Shown in pieces: positions 28,678-51,166 of a stretch of DNA of 64,000 nt. Source of the stretch: Azolla caroliniana (lineage: Eukaryota > Plantae > Polypodiophyta); NCBI GenBank assembly GCA_043228905.1, contig JBHGNT010000016.1:2542001-2606000 (forward strand). The letters are read 5' to 3'. A model generated the notes under the pieces. The model was given only the letters and a program-made list of their open reading frames with translations. It did no database searches and was not told the origin of the DNA. Every line of letters begins with the position of its first letter. Position 1 is the first letter of the stretch. Position numbers and translations under genes: made by a program.

Positions 28678-29045
28678 TGGTAATCTGAAGAAACTTTCTG
28701 ATTTATTTAATTGGTGTGCATCTTAACATAAGCTTGTGCAAAGTGGTGTTCTTTACTTTTGTAAGTGTGGTTAAAAAGGTTTGTATCTTGATTGCTCTAG
28801 AATTGAAACAAGGATTTGGCAGACATGCTATGGTATATTTTGATGTTTGAACATTTATGGTGTAATCTGAAGAAACTTTCTGATTTGTTTAATTGGTGTA
28901 GATAATAATTTTTTAACAGAAGCTTGTGCACAGTGGTGTTACTTTTGTAGTGGTGGTTAAAAGGTTTGTATCTTGATTGCTCTAGAATTGAAACAAAGAT
29001 TTGGCAGAAATACTATAGTATATTTTGATGTTTGAACATTTATGA
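28678..29045. repeat. Tandem duplication, ~182 bp x2, in the AHA1 3' region
   Basis: gtaatctgaagaaactttctgattt...gatgtttgaacatttatg occurs at ~28680 and ~28862. Confidence 0.9.
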
Positions 29046-30172
29046 TGTCATTAGATTATAGGTAAAAGGAAATTAGGTATGATTCTGTTGGAGATGATGA
29101 ATGGTATGTGCGCATGAAAGGAAGATGGGAAAGTGAAGAGTTATGGTAACAGGGATTCTTAATGTAATATGTTTTTACAGAGCAAGGTGCATTCTTGTCC
29201 TAAGATTTTATCAGATGATTACATTACCTATAGGTAATGTCGTTTGGATAAACATCAATCTTCTACAGGTCGATACGTTGCTACATTCACATGTAACATT
29301 GGAAGGGTGATTATGTGTCAGAATAATATGAAGGGGTTTTATGCTTTGCAATTTTTTACTATTTTTAATCTTCTTGCTAGATGGATGAGTAATAGGAAGA
29401 TGGATATATTCTGTTATTGATGGGACATAAGAGGATATGTTTTGTTATTGAGGTCTCAATTGCAAAGAGTATTGCTGTAGAGGATGCATAATGTCATCAA
29501 CTTGCACAAATTCTACGTATGTTTTAATTCAGTATTAAATATCTCAATTTCAAAGAGTATTTCTGTGGAACTGACATGAAGATTTAAAATATCAAGAATG
29601 CTAACGAATTGTAGGTCCATATGCATGTATATGAGCAAACGAAGCCAAAGGATGTGAAAGTCCAGATTGCATCACTTTTAATTTGCAATGCATTTTCTTT
29701 TCAACAAAAAACTGTACCCGAAAGTATTCAACTGCCACAAACTTCAACGATTCCAACTACAATGGACATTACGTTGGTGAAAGTGGATAATACATCGAAG
29801 ATTTCACATCACCTGCCCACAAATATCATGCAGTCAAAAAAATTCAATTGCTGATGCAACATTATGTACACCACTGTATCATAACTCATGGAGAGGATCA
29901 CTATCATCTACTGATATACTATCTTGTAAAGAAAAGAAAAATGCATCACATGAGATTAGGAAGGTTTCTGATCAATAGAGTTACCTTTTCTCATAGTAAA
30001 CAAAGATGATTATTGATGACTAAACAAAAAATTAACAGTCCATATGCATAGAAAACCATACACCTCATTTATGAGGCTAAAATAACGAAAATATGGTTAA
30101 AAGAAAGATACAATCAGATGATCTGGTCCATCAAATATCCCTATGTAGCAGAATCTAACTCACAATTTAGAG

Positions 30173-33100
30173 TCACGATTTGGACCCAAAGAAATCATCA
30201 CCTTCATCCTTCACATCCCATCCTGCCCAATTATCATTTCCTCCGGTACTCGTATGAGAAGATTTAACACCTGCTCCAATACTACTCGATTTGCCAGGAG
30301 GATCATCCCAGGTATCCCACTTGCTATTGTTATTGTCAATACTTTGTGACGGATCCATGGAAAATCTCCCTTTGCTTTTTAATTCCTCTCTACCTGATTG
30401 GTTGTTTAAGTGAACTTCATCATCCCAATCATCCCATTTGCTATTGATGTCATGTGAAGATTCTTTGGTAAAAGTGTTTTTGGAATTTGTCCAATCATCC
30501 CATTGGCTACCACCAGAGTACTCACTTTTTCGATCTTCTTTGATCCCTTCATAGTTGCGTCCATCCATTTCATCATCTAATAAACCATGATCACCTCGTT
30601 GATAACCTGATATCCAGCTGGAACCTCCATCTTTTGAAAATTCCTCAACCTTTTGAGATGCCAAAGCCATTACACCTCTCATCAGCCCCCACGTTTTCTG
30701 ACCAATTTCGGTGGTTTTCATGGTTACAACCGAAACTGTTTCATTCACCTTTTGGTCATAGCCACTTTCTAGATACTATTCAGCAAGAATAAATAAAACT
30801 TAGTTGCCATAAACATTCAGTGGGACAATTAGCATTAACAGCATAGATATATAATTTATAACTTAGTTGCCACTTTCTAGATACTATCCAGCAAGAATAA
30901 ATATAACTTAGTTGCCATAAACATTTGGTGGGACAATTAGCATTACCAGCATAGATATATAATTTATATTCCATGGGTTAACTTCCATAGATATAAACAT
31001 TTGGAAGGATGTCATGAGGGAAACCTTGAAGTTAGCCCATAGGTCATTTGGGTGACATGACCTCTGGCATTGAAGCTATTCTATTAACACATTTGATTTT
31101 TCTGTTGTTCAATTTCTTGGGCCAAAGTGAATAACATAATGACAACTTGGAGCTAGTATCACCAGTTCTACCCTGGTAGTAAGACATCAGAGACCTAGGA
31201 ATAATTAGTTGGATTAAGAGCGTATCTCTAGATTCCTTTATTTTCAAATGATTATTCTATTAGCAACTTTATCAATGTCTTAGACCCTACCTCTAGACTC
31301 CTTTTTCTTTACTTAATTATTCTATTAGCTTATTCATCAATTTATTAGACCACTAAGCCCTTCTATCCCAACTACCCTGATTACTAGAAGGTAGTTCTAC
31401 AATGGTAATTTAACTGCCCCTATTTTCCTTGTCCCTCAACTACTTAATCTTTCGGGAGAATATGCTAATACGATCTTAATGAGGTGCAGAGCCTTGCATC
31501 CGACATTCGTTGGGCTTCCGCTCCCTGCAGGAGCCAGCGTCCCCTCAAGGGCTTTGTGCAGTAAACTCCTCTGGGCAACGATCATTCCATTAACTAGTTA
31601 TCAGTTCCCATCACCAAAATATCTTTCCCCCCAAATATTAAAAGATAATCTCATATTCTACAATCAGAGCATATAACCAAAACTTTGGGAAGGGGAGGGG
31701 AGGGGGGAGCACTTATGAGAATACCAAAAAACTAGGGGGTATTTCAAAGTTTTCCCATATTATTTAATTCTATTGATTCATATTCGTTTCTCAGGTGAAA
31801 AGGTGTTTAATCCAGGCACTAAGATGGTAACCAATCTCAAAAGCTCTACCTTGGCAGTAATATCCCTTGTTCCTGCCTGCATGGCCCCCGCTGCAGTCTG
31901 TGCTGCAGATGCAGCAACAAGTGAAAATCGGCTCAATCCCTGCAGACAGTAACTTCTAATAAAAAATATAGTACAGATATGTCATAAATACATCATGAAC
32001 TTATTATCACAATCATGATATATCAATGGTATACATGAGATTATTATTACATTTATGTTATTATCAATGGTAAAGATAAGATTATCATCAGACAAGAGAT
32101 ATTAATCATATATGTGAAACCACATTCAAAATCTATCGTAGTCACACATCTGGACTCATTGACTAGTACACAAGCTCATTCATGATCTATAAGTGCCACA
32201 GATGAGCTTAGTATTCACATTCATTATCTATCAAAGGAACAGATGAGCATATACAGTTCAAACAGCTCACGATCAAAATATAGTTCATACAAACTTATAT
32301 GTGCTCTATAAAAGGACACAAATTTAGGCATGTTCTTTATATATAACTCACACATTTAAGCTAAATATGGTTCCTCATAAACATAAGCATGCCCTCTCTA
32401 ATCGCTTGGATCTGCCTCTTACAAGATTGTTTACTACTCTCACTTGGCCCCTCCCTACAACACCACTCTCATTTGCAAACCCTAATGAATTTTCTACTAC
32501 TACATGCCGTTGGCCACTCCACTACATTCTCATGCCACTCTTATTCAGAGTATCCTCAAGTGGTTTCCTAATCTAGCCTAGCCCCCATACTACCATAGTT
32601 TAAGAGTTTATTGACCTTCATGGGCCTTGCAATATTTTAACATTCTGATGGACTTACCCCTCTTGCAATGTTCATGCTATTCTGATGGATTAACCATTGT
32701 AAATTCCCCTTGTATATGCTCATATCCAAGATCTATCAATGGCATACATGATGATGATATGTCATAATTGTACACTACAAAATAAATAATAATATAGTGG
32801 CTCTTAATATCACATCAATTATGTCAATTTCCTTCATGATTTCAATGGTAGTCATGCATGCCCCAAAAGGAAATCTTAGATCTTTACAAATGTTCCAAGT
32901 TGCATTTGCAAGGTCCCAAAAACTTTGATGATTGTTCAGGCTGCATGCCAAATTGATTAAGATAAGAGACATTTGTCCCCTCCTCTCATCTTTAGCAAAT
33001 ATGAAACTTTTAAAATTTTCTCAACACATGATACACCATAGTTATTTCCAATTGCTAGGGCTCTAAATGATGTCCTAGAGACTTTCGGAAAAGACAAAAT

Positions 33101-35014
33101 ATCTTGAATTCTAACATCTGCTCAACCAATGAACATTTTGAAATCCCTTTGTCATTCGGACATAAAAATATAATTATCTGAAGCTTGATCAGTAACCAAA
33201 ACCTAGAAAATCCACTAGCCTTCTGAAGTAAGTGAATTCATTATGATGGAAATAGTGTTATGATTCTTCTTCATCTCATGGATGTCTTGCTCCTAACAAG
33301 GATCTTCAGCTTTAGCTCAATCTCCAATAGAGCTGGAGATTTTCTTCAAAATTTTGCTTACTAGACTCAAAACAACTCTAAAATGTACTGCAAACGACGG
33401 CATGCCTTTAATATGGGTTGGACAATGTTTCCCAGACTACAAAACTGTCTTCTGGCAAGATGGCCCAAAGACTAGCTTGGACTGGTAGATGAAACATGGT
33501 TTCTAAGGGAGGATAGGGTAGGCTCTGATACCAATGTTAGGAATACTGAAGTAACGAGAGGATTAGAACACCACAAACTGCCAAAAATAAGTTTATTAGG
33601 AACAGATTTCTGTGATAAAGGAAAAACCATGTTTTATCATGTATGACCAAGCAGATTCTATAATATATGTCAGAATATTGCCTTGCTAAAGGAAAAGAGG
33701 TGCAAGTGATCACATGCTAGAATAGGTCTCACCTCTTTGAGGGCAAATTGCAACATCAGGGAAAAGCATTAGAACTAAAAAATGCTTCAAATTTGCAAAC
33801 TATTTCCTAAAGATATTTCATCAAAGCTCATGCAAAGTGACGTTGAGATTGCAACAAGCTTCATTCCTAAACAACGCAAGATCCTAGATACACATCCAAA
33901 ATTTATTGGGTATATATGATAATAGTCTATCAATGGCATATATAAGGTTAATTACACATTCCGATCTCCCAGGGAGATATATAAGAATAATCTACAGATG
34001 ACATATAGGAGCTTATCATCATCCTCACTGTCGATCTATGACATCTCACAATCACATTCATGAATAGCATAAACAATCTTATCATTGAACTCATGACTGA
34101 TCCATAGCATTTAAGATCTCATCACCGAATTCATGAAATCAATTGCATACCTCAGAAACCAAAGAAACAGTGTCCTTGATGACATCACCACCACTACCAA
34201 CATTCGGCCCTTTGTTGATTGGAGGGCGATTGCTACCACCAGAGCCAAAACCAACATACTTTCCACCTTGTGATGGAGGAATACCTTCTGGTTTACTAGC
34301 ATTCTCAGCTTGTCTTCTTGCAAAGAAAGCTTCCTTGTTCGCAACTGAGGCAGAAATTTGTGATTTTCCATATATCTCTTCATTGGAATGAGATCTGGGT
34401 GGACCATTTCCACTATTCCCGCCAAATGAATCAGCAGATTGATTCCTTCGCATTCCACCTCTTTCATCATTTCCAGTTTCCTGAGATCCCCAATCATCCC
34501 ATCCTTTGTCTGAAGATCCATAGCCACTAGATCTATTGCTGCCATAGCTATCCTTGGCAATATCTCCATATCTTCTTCCATCTCCATAGCTAGAATTTTC
34601 CTTTTTTACATTTGGGGAGTCCTTCACAATAGGTGGATCTCTCCATGGTTTCCCTTCTGAGAGGGCCTGAATCTTTTCTCTGTACACTGTCGCAGCATTA
34701 GAGTTATATTTCACAACAATATCTGTCTCTTTCGAGATTCCATATTGAAGAAAGAAGTTGTTCAGAGCAGCATTTCCGCCACTAACTTCCATCTTCTTCA
34801 ACTGGATTTCAGACCAAGAATCCATGGAAACTGATCTAACAAAACTTATATGGACCCCAAGACCTCTGTGTTTTCCTGAGCATTCTAGGCACATGAAGAT
34901 GCCATAGGAGACTGAAGCCCATTGAGGATTCTTCTGCGAACAATCCACACAAGTTTTATTGGCTATCTGAGCCTGAAGGTTCTTGAGCCTGGCAGCCGCA
35001 ACTGCCGAGGCCAT
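30173..35014 (-). CDS. ADP-ribosylation factor GTPase-activating protein, ArfGAP1/AGD6-AGD7 type, 3 coding exons
   Basis: Exons 34151-35014, 31850-31939, 30173-30775, all phase 0. Zinc finger [94 protein letters not shown] repeats. Probable 5'UTR intron at 35017-35791. Confidence 0.93.
30761..30968. repeat. 108-bp tandem duplication spanning the ArfGAP last-exon splice acceptor
   Basis: gccactttctagatactat...gcatagatatataatttata occurs at 30761 and 30869. Confidence 0.9.
32600..33873 (-). mobile_element. Truncated LTR retrotransposon (probably Ty1/Copia) in an ArfGAP intron: LTR 33535-33873, tRNA-iMet PBS, decayed gag
   Basis: ggctctgatacca at 33521-33533 is the reverse complement of the PBS TGGTATCAGAGCC and lies 1 nt from the LTR end. 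The LTR has inverted termini TGTTAGGAAT...ATTCCTAAACA. The internal boundary is approximate. Confidence 0.75.
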
Positions 35015-35990
35015 ATCTGTGAAGAGAAAGAAAAACAAAAAAAACAAACAAATAAGAGAAATTTAGGGTTAGAACGAGTAAAATTAGTATAGTAGAAAGG
35101 TTCTCTGAAATCTTTTGAGCAGAGAGCCCAAAATGACTGCACAGACATCTATCTAAGTTCAGTTGCAGATCCGAAGTTCCTAGGAGAGAAATATATCTAG
35201 GCTTACAAAAAACCTTCTCGGAGGGGGATATATCAGTATTATTGCAAAGTTTGTAGATCAGTACACCTAGATTATGAACAAAGCAGAGATCTACGATTAG
35301 GAATGAAGTGTATCTGAGAGAAATCATCGATAACACTTCACGGATTGAAATTTAACACTATGAAAAATACAATTAGAGCATGGGAATGATGCTTTTCTGA
35401 GAGAAATATTATTTAAAAAACCTCTTGTAGAAGCAAATCGGAAACCCTAAATGATGACGAGTAGAAAAAACTCTTTCTTATAGAAATGCGTCAGCATTCA
35501 CAAAATCACCTCAGATTGGAAACTCTAGATGATGGACAAGAGGGATCTAGGGTTTGAAAATAGGATTTTCTGATAGATCTCAATCGGTCCTATCAGATGT
35601 TTCTCAAAAAACTGCAGATCGAAAACCCTAGACTATAATAGAAAAGGAAAGGTTTTCTGAGACGAATAGATCAGCATTATCGAAAAAAGGTCTGCGCTCT
35701 CTCACAAATCAGGAACCATAGATAATAAAAATGAAAAGAGAGAGAAAAAAAACAAGCATTTGTTGCAGAGAAATCTGAGGTAGGAACCAACCTGCACCGT
35801 TGATAAGCTTCGATGAGACCAATGTGTTCAGATCGGAAACCCGTGGGAAGAAGAAAGAAAGGGGAGACTGCAACGTTAGGATCGAAGGAGCGAAGCTTCT
35901 TCTGCAGGGATCTGAGGGAAGAAAGCAAACCCTAGAAGGCGATGGGGATGGTGCTCACGATGATGATGATGATGATGATGGGTGCGTGTG

Positions 35991-35993
<3 letters not shown>

Positions 35994-36046
<53 letters not shown>
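35994..36046. repeat. (AG)n microsatellite next to (GAT)n in the ArfGAP 5' region
   Basis: Directly visible. Similar tracts at 2134, 26636, 36770 (followed by (CACACG)n), 55760, 58526 and 59477. Confidence 0.9.
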
Positions 36047-36049
<3 letters not shown>

Positions 36050-36119
36050 GAGGATTTTCCTTATTTACCGAAATACCCCTCATCTTTTCCTTATTTCTCG
36101 AGATGCCCCTCGGCTTTTG

Positions 36120-36762
36120 TTTCATTAATTGCAAAGGGTATGGGATTGCCTTATTGCCATTTTTGCAAGCAATGAGTTTATTACTGTTATTCTTATTGAT
36201 AAGAAACAAAGAGAGAAAATAAGAGGCCCAGCTATGGTGTGACATAAGGTAATCCAGGAAGGTGTCATAGCATTTTTAATGAAGCCCATGATCGAAGGAA
36301 ATTGATGTTTCACTACCAACAATGATACGGCCCGGCCCATGCACAAAATTACCTTAGCAAATGGGCATGTAAGGAACCTGTGTGTAAGATCCTCCTTCAT
36401 CATTATACAAAAAAAAAACATGTCTCGTTGGAAATATGTAGGTATTTTAAGTATTGTCATAGGCAACCCACCCACCTATTGCTCGCCAAAGAATCACTTT
36501 CACACCAAATGGAAGACAAGAGTGTCATCCTACATCCAAAACTTGAAACCAACGTTGTATACAATGGGCAAAATGTCATGCGTACGAAACCTTCATCACT
36601 AACCAAGATCTATCTTCAATTCACCTACAATATACACCATTGGTGTGCGTCGATTTCTTATTATTACCCAATCTTTCCACCAACGACAATTCTAGAACAA
36701 GAGTAGGCATCACATTCACTAATTGCCAGATATTGTCATAATATTGTGCTCCCTCCCTCCCT

Positions 36763-36837
<75 letters not shown>

Positions 36838-37700
36838 GCACGCACACGCACACGCACACGCACACGCACGCACACGCACACAGCGGAAACATACAATTAT
36901 ATTAATAAAACAGTACCACAATTGAGTGGTATTAACGCCCCATGGATAGTGGTTCATGATGAACCATCCATAGGCAAGAAAAACACTCCCATGAAGAATG
37001 AACCTTGACTTTCTCCAATAAACAAATTTGCCACATCAATCTTCCCTTCAACTTTCATAGATGTGTTCTAGCTCCATGTCACCATCAAATACAAAAGCAT
37101 TGTGCATATCCCAACTATTTTGTGATTTTTGATATCTTCGAAAAAATGACAACTATCTCCATCTCTAATCTTGGGACAAGCTATGTGAATTATGCAAAGT
37201 TGCAAATAGCCACTATCTTGATGTTAAATAACATCATGACAAAACTTATGGAATCTAAGAAATGTACCCCCCCAAATCTAATGAATAATCAAACATTGTA
37301 TGAAACGATGAGTACGATCTTCCACTTGAACAATTCAAAAGAATCAATTGCATGTTATTAGTCCACGTCCCTTTATTGTTAATCCCAAAGGTAAACCCCC
37401 AATTGATACACTCAAAATGAAGAACTTTGCTAGAAGTGGCAATTCAAAATGTTGACTACATTTCAAGGTCTACCACCATCCATAATCAAAGTTACATACC
37501 TTCCACTATTGTTTAGCCTTGGACAATAGCCATCAATGAGACTAAATCACATAGTGATAGTACTAGAGATTAGTTATCACTTGTAAAAATTAAGTATGGC
37601 TCCTTAAATTGCAATCAACCCATGATTGTTCTTCAATTTTTATAGGTGAAGGACCTTGCTTTGACGTTATACTCTATAGTTGTTATCATCATATGTAGAG
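36120..37700 (-). mobile_element. Decayed L1-type LINE fragments (RT C-terminal part and zf-RVT), interrupted by microsatellites
   Basis: ORF 36125-36475 contains FFC...EDLTHRFLTCPFAK. The YLGVP-equivalent region (gggggtttacctttggga) at ~37382-37402 recurs at ~41390-41410. Confidence 0.65.
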
Positions 37701-38907
37701 AGCATTGTAATTACTTGAAAGAGCAATTGCTTATGTCTTCATGATTATTATATTTCATGGAAAGGATAGATTACACTCTCAATTTAATCACTTGTTTCAT
37801 TTAGGGTAAAAAAAATTTGGGAGATGCAGATTTAGCTCGATCGTTGAGAATTTTGGATTTTGGTTGAACCACGACGATTCTCTCTCTCTCTCTTGATATA
37901 TATGTGTTTGGGTACCTTCTCAACATCTTATCAAGTAAGTAACTTTAAAGGAAATAAAAGCTTCAAAAAAATCCTTTATATACAATAAGAACTCTAGGTT
38001 TATGTATTCACCATAACCGTGTGAGCATCCATTAATTGAGGCGTCAATATATCTCCCATGCATTATGTATGTACACATAGTCATTCTCTTTAATAAGGAT
38101 CTATGAGACCAGATACAAGAAACAAATCAACCCAAAATATCATTATATGTAATGTTATCTATATACATCTAGATTGTATAATCACAACATTGGTGTAATT
38201 TAAACCAGCCAATGATGCCCCATTAATATACAATTCTAGTGTAAACCATTGTTTATCAAACTTTTAAAAATATTCCATGATAAGTTCAATTCAATACAAA
38301 TTTCAATAACAAAAGCTAAAATGCATGCAACGCAATTCAAGTTTGACTTCAATAACTTGCAACAAATGTTTATTGTCCTATTAATTAAGGATGGCATCTA
38401 GTTTATAACATTTGAACTCGAGTTGATCATCTAGGACCATATGTTCACTACACATCGGATCTCTACATTATTATGTTTAAGCTTTCATCAAACTATTACG
38501 ACAATTGCAAACTCTTCATCATCTAAGCTTTTCAACATGCATTAAAAAGGTAGATAAGTTGCCACTGTTGCAATACGCTACTTTCATTGAAACTAAAAGT
38601 TGCAGACTAATAAAGAATGTTGTACACATGTCTTTATTTAAGGGTAAGAAAAACAAGGAACTCCATGAAGGGTATGCCATAAGGAATTGGAATAGGATAT
38701 TCAACCCTAAAAAAATAGTGAAGTACATGGGTTAATAGTATTTTCCATATGATTTTTGTATTGTTTGGTGAAATTTCTGAAAATCATTAATGGTACAAGT
38801 AGCCCAAAGTTTCCACAACCTTGAACAAATAGCTACTTATATTTTGACCATATTTTCAAATCATTTGTATATTTATCTAAATATTTGCTTTACCTAAAGT
38901 TATAACT

Positions 38908-47518
<8,611 letters not shown>

Positions 47519-48362
47519 ATTGTGTGACGTTTGGGTTTTATTGTTTTCTATTTATAATGCTGAAGAGGTTGGCGTTAATGTATGGAAATAGAGAAATTTG
47601 GAAAATAAAATGGGCAATCGAAACTAGCTTCTAAACATACTGTGCTACACAGAATTGAAGAGAAAACTCTTAACGGATATATTGTAGGCATTAATATAAG
47701 CTCCGACCAGAAATTATGCATACCAAATCTCAATAATGTAATAGACTATGTTTCTGATTACAGCGAAGTAAAGTCTCCGCCAGTAGTAAGCTACCAAATG
47801 ATCACATCATCAGCCATGGTCTTCTGAACTTAGCGCTAGCAATGCTGTTGATATACGCATTAAATCACCACTTTCTAGAAAAGCATATGTACTAGGAGCA
47901 TCATTGTTGACGTTCAAGTATAGTAGATATTATAATAATAAGCAAAAATGCTTATACACTGTTCACTATGCAACTCCCAACTTTAGATAATGATAAAAAT
48001 ATATAGGGTTTTAGCATTCTGTCCTAAGCTAAGCATATGATTGCTTATACCGTTTAGCAAACCACAACCTCATATAATAGTAGAAAATCGTTATACAATG
48101 AATGTCTATTGCTTCTGAACAAAGCTAGACGTGAGTTTAGTTTACGTAAGGTTTAGCGTATTTTGTTCTGTACATGTGTTTGAAATTAATATTGGATTTA
48201 AATGGATTTTCTGCTGTATACGGGTTAAAGTAATAATGGCATTTAAATGGATTTTGTACTATTATGTGTGGGTTGAAAACAATATTGGATGCTGATAGAT
48301 TTGGTGCTATATAGGGGGGGGGGTTTACTGTGTTGTGTGCTATACATATGGGATTAATATAC

Positions 48363-48682
48363 ATAGATTCAGCCACCAGTTCTAATGTATTTTTGAGATA
48401 TGTTGATGATTAGATTTCCTGTATTTCAGCCCTAAACTAATATGGGCTGAACATATTTTTTGTGCCAGAATTAATATGTGGTTTAATGGATTTTTGTCTC
48501 AAATACATCATAAATAATATATATAATCAATAGATTCAGCCACCAGTTCTAATGTATTTTTGAGATATGTTGATGATTGGATTTCCTGTATTTCAGCCCT
48601 AAACTAATATAGGCTGAACATATTTTTTGTGCCAGAATGAATATGTAGTTTAATGGATTTTTGTCTCAAATACACCATAAAT
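48363..48682. repeat. Tandem duplication, ~167 bp x2, upstream of GLR
   Basis: atagattcagccaccagttctaatg...tttttgtctcaaataca occurs at 48363 and 48530. Confidence 0.9.
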
Positions 48683-49046
48683 ACTGTATATATGTATATA
48701 TATGTATACATATATTATAGTTGATTACAGTTCAAGTGACCTTCTTCGATCAAAAGCCAAACTTGGTTTGAAAAATAAGTAATGAAGTAAACAGAAGCTC
48801 TAGAACATAGCAGTTACGAGTAAAGAGATCATCAAACAGTCTATTTATTTACATATTGACGTGTATGTAAGTGAGTAAAGTAAGCCCACACATAACTTTA
48901 TAGTGCGCCTGCAAAAAGCCCCACCCACTCCATCCCATCCATCCATCTCACATGACACCAACACAAGGTTTCAAGTAAAACCCTAAATCAATCAATCCTA
49001 CACGAATCACATTTTGTTTTAGCCAATCCATCCATCAATCAATCAT

Positions 49047-49096
49047 TACATACATACATACATACATACATATGTGTATGTGCATGTGCATGTGCA

Positions 49097-49165
<69 letters not shown>

Positions 49166-49257
49166 GTGTGTGTGTGTGTGCATGTGCATGTGCATGTATG
49201 TGTATGTGTATGTGTATGTGTATGTGCATGTGTATGTGTATGTGTATGTGTATGTGT
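49047..49257. repeat. Compound microsatellite (TACA)n-(TGTGTA/TGTGCA)n
   Basis: Directly visible, and it abuts the left TSD of the MULE. Confidence 0.95.
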
Positions 49258-51166
49258 GCCCCCCTAAAGCAGTGTCTAATCGCTATCAACTATTAAAGAG
49301 CGAGGGAATCACGGGCATGGACAGTGTCGGTCGCTTAGTTGAGGGCGCGTGCAATCTGCACCGTCCGATGTGGATAATAAAAATGCGTGAGAGTGAAAAA
49401 GTTGTATCCAGACACCCGACCCATCAGTCACAATCAGTATTCAGACACCCTGTTCATAATTGTCAAACACACATGCTCATAATTCTCAGTCGCCCTGCTC
49501 GTAATTCTTAGTCACCCTAGCCAAATCAAACACCCAAACTTAGAAGGATTTAGGGTATAAAAGCAAGCGTCTGCCGTTTTCTCATCATTTTTCAAATCAG
49601 AGATTGAGCTATTTGGAGGGATTTTCAAATCAAAGATTTTTCGACATTACATTCAGCGTCGCCATCTGCATTACAATCAGTAACACCACTGGAAAATCAT
49701 TTAGGTATGTATTTTATTACAGTTGCATGTTCGTCTTTTCTATTTGTAAAAGTGTGTTTTCAAATCAAGGTTTATTGTTTGGGATGGGTTAGGGTTCAAC
49801 ACTAAAATGTTGAAGCGGATTTTTTAACTTTATTAAATCTATTTAAATCTTAAAATGGGTTTAGGGTTTTTGGAATCAAAAGATGGGATGACAAAGTTAA
49901 AAGGAATTAGGGTCATGCAAAGAATTGTATATGTCTCAAGGTTTTGTGTTTTCATGATATGTAATTTCTTAATAATGTTAATATGGCTTGTTAAAATGGG
50001 TTTAGGGTTTATCTATTTCGTTATATATTGCTTGCCAAAGATAGTTGCGAAGTCTAAACACTTGGAAATGGAAGATGTCAACTAGAGTGATGCACATCAC
50101 TCCTAAGGAAGGTATGCCACTTCCTCATACTTTCTATTGTATAACAGGTCTGCATGTGTGCTAACCCTTGTTTTAATTCTACAGGGTTTTTTGATAAAGC
50201 CACACAAGGATGGGACAGGATCCGATTTTGTAAGTATGGCCTACCATGTGGATTGCATGTAACTCTTATCAGTAATGGGTGGGTTCTTATAGTCACACCT
50301 TTTTTAGAGTGTATAGAGAAGTGGTTTGCACATGAGGATGTTCAACTCCTTCGAACAAACATGGCGAAATGGGATTGAAGGATTTTGGGATTTCCGATTT
50401 CATAGCCATGACAGTTTTTGTATATGACACATATTGTAGTTGCCTCGCTATTTTTATGAATCAACCAATTTTGTATATGCTTTCGAAATGTATATGAATC
50501 AACGAATTTGTAGAGACCACATTTTGTAGATGCAAGGCCTCGTTTTGTATACTCTTGATCATGTATATGAATACAATCTTTTGCACATTTTGTATATGAA
50601 TATATTCTTTGGCACATATTGTATGCCATAAATATTTGGTGTGTATGGTAAACATGAATTGACAATTTTTCTGTTGAGGTACTGGATTGGGATTTTTGGA
50701 ATTTAGATTAAAATTTTTGTATATAAATATACTCTTTGGCACATTTTATATATCATAAAGTTTTGTAGTGTATATGGATGGATGACCAAGTTTTACCTAA
50801 TGAAGATACTAATCATATGGTTCGTCGAGTTTTACCCAATGTTTGTATCATATGGTATTAAAATACATGTTATTATGGATTTCTTCTTGTTTCATGTATC
50901 ATATTGTATTGAAATACATGTTCAATTCTAATTCATGTGATTGCTACATATGGGGAGACTAAAGACAGTAAAAGCGCTTTTGGTCTTTGTGCACAAAAGG
51001 ATCTAAGCATATAGTCAACATATACCGCATGACTCATTCATTCAGTGGTTGAAATTTTAAACTTGAAAATATTCAATGTGTTTTTGATAGCTAACACATA
51101 AAACAATGTAGCATAGAATAACAAATGCATCTTCTATTTTTTAGACAATATCAACTATATGGTGAC

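Noticed and set aside
49035-49511. ORFs of poly-MC/VC/HT dipeptides resembling metal-binding proteins
   Set aside because: Translations of the (TGTGTA)n microsatellite running into the MULE TIR.
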